A stretch of DNA of 49,769 nucleotides, filler included, from Candidatus Lindowbacteria bacterium RIFCSPLOWO2_12_FULL_62_27 (GTDB lineage Bacteria; Lindowbacteria; 2-12-FULL-62-27): the NCBI GenBank assembly GCA_001784175.1. It is 3 parts of 3 records of this genome, joined end to end, with 100 filler letters (N's around TTAATTAATTAA, not from the genome) between each part and the next. Parts side by side here need not be neighbours in the genome. Positions count along the whole stretch, not along the records: positions 38,250 to 49,769 come from MFPR01000042.1; 2 more parts are not named here. One strand, given 5' to 3'. The notes under the pieces are model-generated. The model was not told the origin of the DNA. It searched no databases and was given only the letters and a program-made list of their open reading frames with translations. The first letter of the stretch is position 1; every line of letters begins with the position of its first letter. Below are positions 49,001-49,769 of this stretch, one piece after another. A program made the position numbers and the translations under genes.

Positions 49001-49692
49001 GGCGGGCCGGGGAAATCCACGATGAGGACCGCGTGCACGCGAAAAACGCGGCGGCGAAAAAATGGGTGGCCGCGGTCAACAACGCCGGCCGATACGACCG
49101 CTGGAATTTTGAGATCTGCAAGGAACTCGCGAACCTGCGCGTGACGTTGAAGCGCTGCGCTGACGAGGGCGAGCCGGCGGCGGCCAAGGTTGTGCCATTC
49201 CGGTTCGTGACCCCGCGCGCCGGCGAGCATTTCAAGACGTGCGTGCCGCTGGTGAGTCTGCGGGCGGCGGCCTCCAACTTCAGTAATGAACAATTCAGCT
49301 GGGATCAGATGGGAGAATGGGCGGACGAGTGGGTGTCGTTCGAACCAAAGACGCGCTTTGAGGATGGAATGTTTGTCGCCCGAATTCGCGGCGACTCGAT
49401 GGAACCGACGATCCCGGCGTCTGCCTACTGTCTATTCCGCAGGCCTCGGCCCGGGTCGCGGCAGGGGCGGATCGTGTTTGTGATGCACTCGGGCGTGAGC
49501 GACCCATTCACGGGCGGCCAGTACACGGTGAAAGAATATTCGAGCGAAAAAGCCGTGGACCCCGAGACGGACTGGCATCACACGCGGATCACCCTGAAAC
49601 CGCACAACCGAAAATACGACCCGATCGTTCTGACGCCGGAGGCCGAGGATGAGGTGCGGGTGATCGCGGAGTGGGTGGAGGTTGTGGGTTAA
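46045..49692 (+). CDS. res: Type III-like restriction endonuclease (SF2 helicase + PD-(D/E)XK) with C-terminal LexA/S24-like peptidase domain
   Basis: LFFCQLEAVET, KMATGSGKT, NDEGHH, LSATP, MLTEGWD and EQVVGRGLRR helicase motifs. YEPDFIV...LEIKG nuclease. C-terminal RGDSMEP...YTVK...LKPHN.KYDPI (S24 Ser-Lys dyad). Confidence 0.9.
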   Translation: MAKGVKSRGLPTHMDEPPADWVPTQAVDEPVINKPYEEPAKHWTYKDGVPDLKSERRPASYYYKTRKTGAAQEDLFAEEERALLPLVNRLRKDVKRWRASAYRGASPVSKDLLAYWWRADRSRRLFFCQLEAVETFIYLLELAIPGRLPSTGFKSFEVDAGNLDRLLKGVRPDFPEIAPDYCPRLVDIPADAGLQGLRRLGCKMATGSGKTIVMAMTIAWAFCNRGRNPATLHFPNGVLVCAPNLTVKERLQVLRPDHPENYYDAFDLVPAKYRELMGVGRVLITNWHVFAPKSPNVEGEKSYKIVNKGEETAEAFAKDRLGELAARTPILVLNDEGHHCWRPNNNSASKAEEDLTKEEKAELEEDAEEARVWLAGLDRINNSGLAGGKNPGILAALDLSATPFYLSNSGYPEGDPFPWLVSDFGLVDAIECGIVKIPRMPVRDETESKDEVGRPDPKYFHLWRHINDGLRPVDRAANRRPKPEAVYREAEGALLMLAGQWKKRFEEIQGASPGEKIIPPVLIIVCDNTEVADIFYQRISGEREEEVLGADGKKVEKRKIYEAGKILAEFSNTENFRPTVRIDTKLLKKIETEEGETKDEAAQALRAIINTVGKRGMPGEQIRCVVSVGMLTEGWDATNVTHILGVRAFQSQLLCEQVVGRGLRRMDYTALDPEGRLVAEHVDVYGIPFSLIPFKGKPKDIERPDPVYHHVFAVPERASLEIRLPVVESYTYDLKGSGISCDVDNLDDLVVDDEPTKVYLAVTRGYQDDPSSTPSGDFIQQTRENFYATVRFQQVVFRLAQMIVDDLIAGGRGAGVEALKKSLLARHQVFPDVLRIVQEYINKKVRFVKGVDPRELALEKYSQLLRERVRAGILPAAASAEAPLLPVVNSYKPFASTTDVNFRTTRPVVKLEKSHLNLAVIHSDWEKDAIAILEDSDDVEFFTPNDQHVGLVVPYDYLGGQHHYEPDFIVRLRGGKILHLILEIKGRAGEIHDEDRVHAKNAAAKKWVAAVNNAGRYDRWNFEICKELANLRVTLKRCADEGEPAAAKVVPFRFVTPRAGEHFKTCVPLVSLRAAASNFSNEQFSWDQMGEWADEWVSFEPKTRFEDGMFVARIRGDSMEPTIPASAYCLFRRPRPGSRQGRIVFVMHSGVSDPFTGGQYTVKEYSSEKAVDPETDWHHTRITLKPHNRKYDPIVLTPEAEDEVRVIAEWVEVVG

Positions 49693-49697
49693 GAAGC

Positions 49698-49769
49698 ATG
49701 CCCGCTAAGATAATTTCACGACGTTTGGAAGCGGGAGAGGGATTTCCAGCGTCTGCGGGCTTTGCAGAA
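49698..49769 (+). CDS. Possible start of a downstream gene, truncated by the window end
   Basis: ATG 5 bp after the res stop, with the frame open to the end (MPAKIISRRLEAGEG...). Too short to identify. Confidence 0.3.
   Translation, partial: MPAKIISRRLEAGEGFPASAGFAE

Overview
The window contains three separate contigs joined by artificial N-TTAATTAATTAA-N spacers at 23959-24058 and 38150-38249, so adjacency across the spacers carries no meaning. The DNA is from a GC-rich bacterium. Contig 1 (1-23958) is mostly metabolic. It holds a partial alpha-glucan phosphorylase, a small CxxC/CxxC protein, and a tightly packed citrate synthase - nitrite/sulfite reductase - V/A-type ATPase run (E, DUF2764-like, A, B, D, I, K) whose K subunit has a Na+-type signature. 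It also holds an LCIB/theta-carbonic-anhydrase-like gene, a metal-binding lipoprotein, YceI, an unusual histidine-phosphatase/eukaryote-type-hexokinase fusion, and a REP/MITE-like inverted repeat. It ends with a minus-strand run of response regulators, FapA/DUF342, MerR (with a long-spacer MerR-type promoter), a PAS hybrid kinase, phosphoketolase and a CDF transporter. Contig 2 (24059-38149) is one open frame of about 4700 codons, truncated at both ends. It encodes a giant surface protein with five CBM-like/Ig modules followed by about 36 FN3-like repeats that include a 5-unit higher-order repeat. Contig 3 (38250-49769) is a defence island: TPR protein, UvrD helicase-Fe-S nuclease fusion, YhcG/DUF1016 nuclease, a frameshifted type III-like methyltransferase with an AT-rich specificity segment, and a type III-like restriction helicase-nuclease fused to a LexA-like S24 autopeptidase. 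The best novelty candidates are the possibly RecA/SOS-controlled restriction locus and the phosphatase-hexokinase fusion. All family assignments come from motif recognition by eye; no searches were run.
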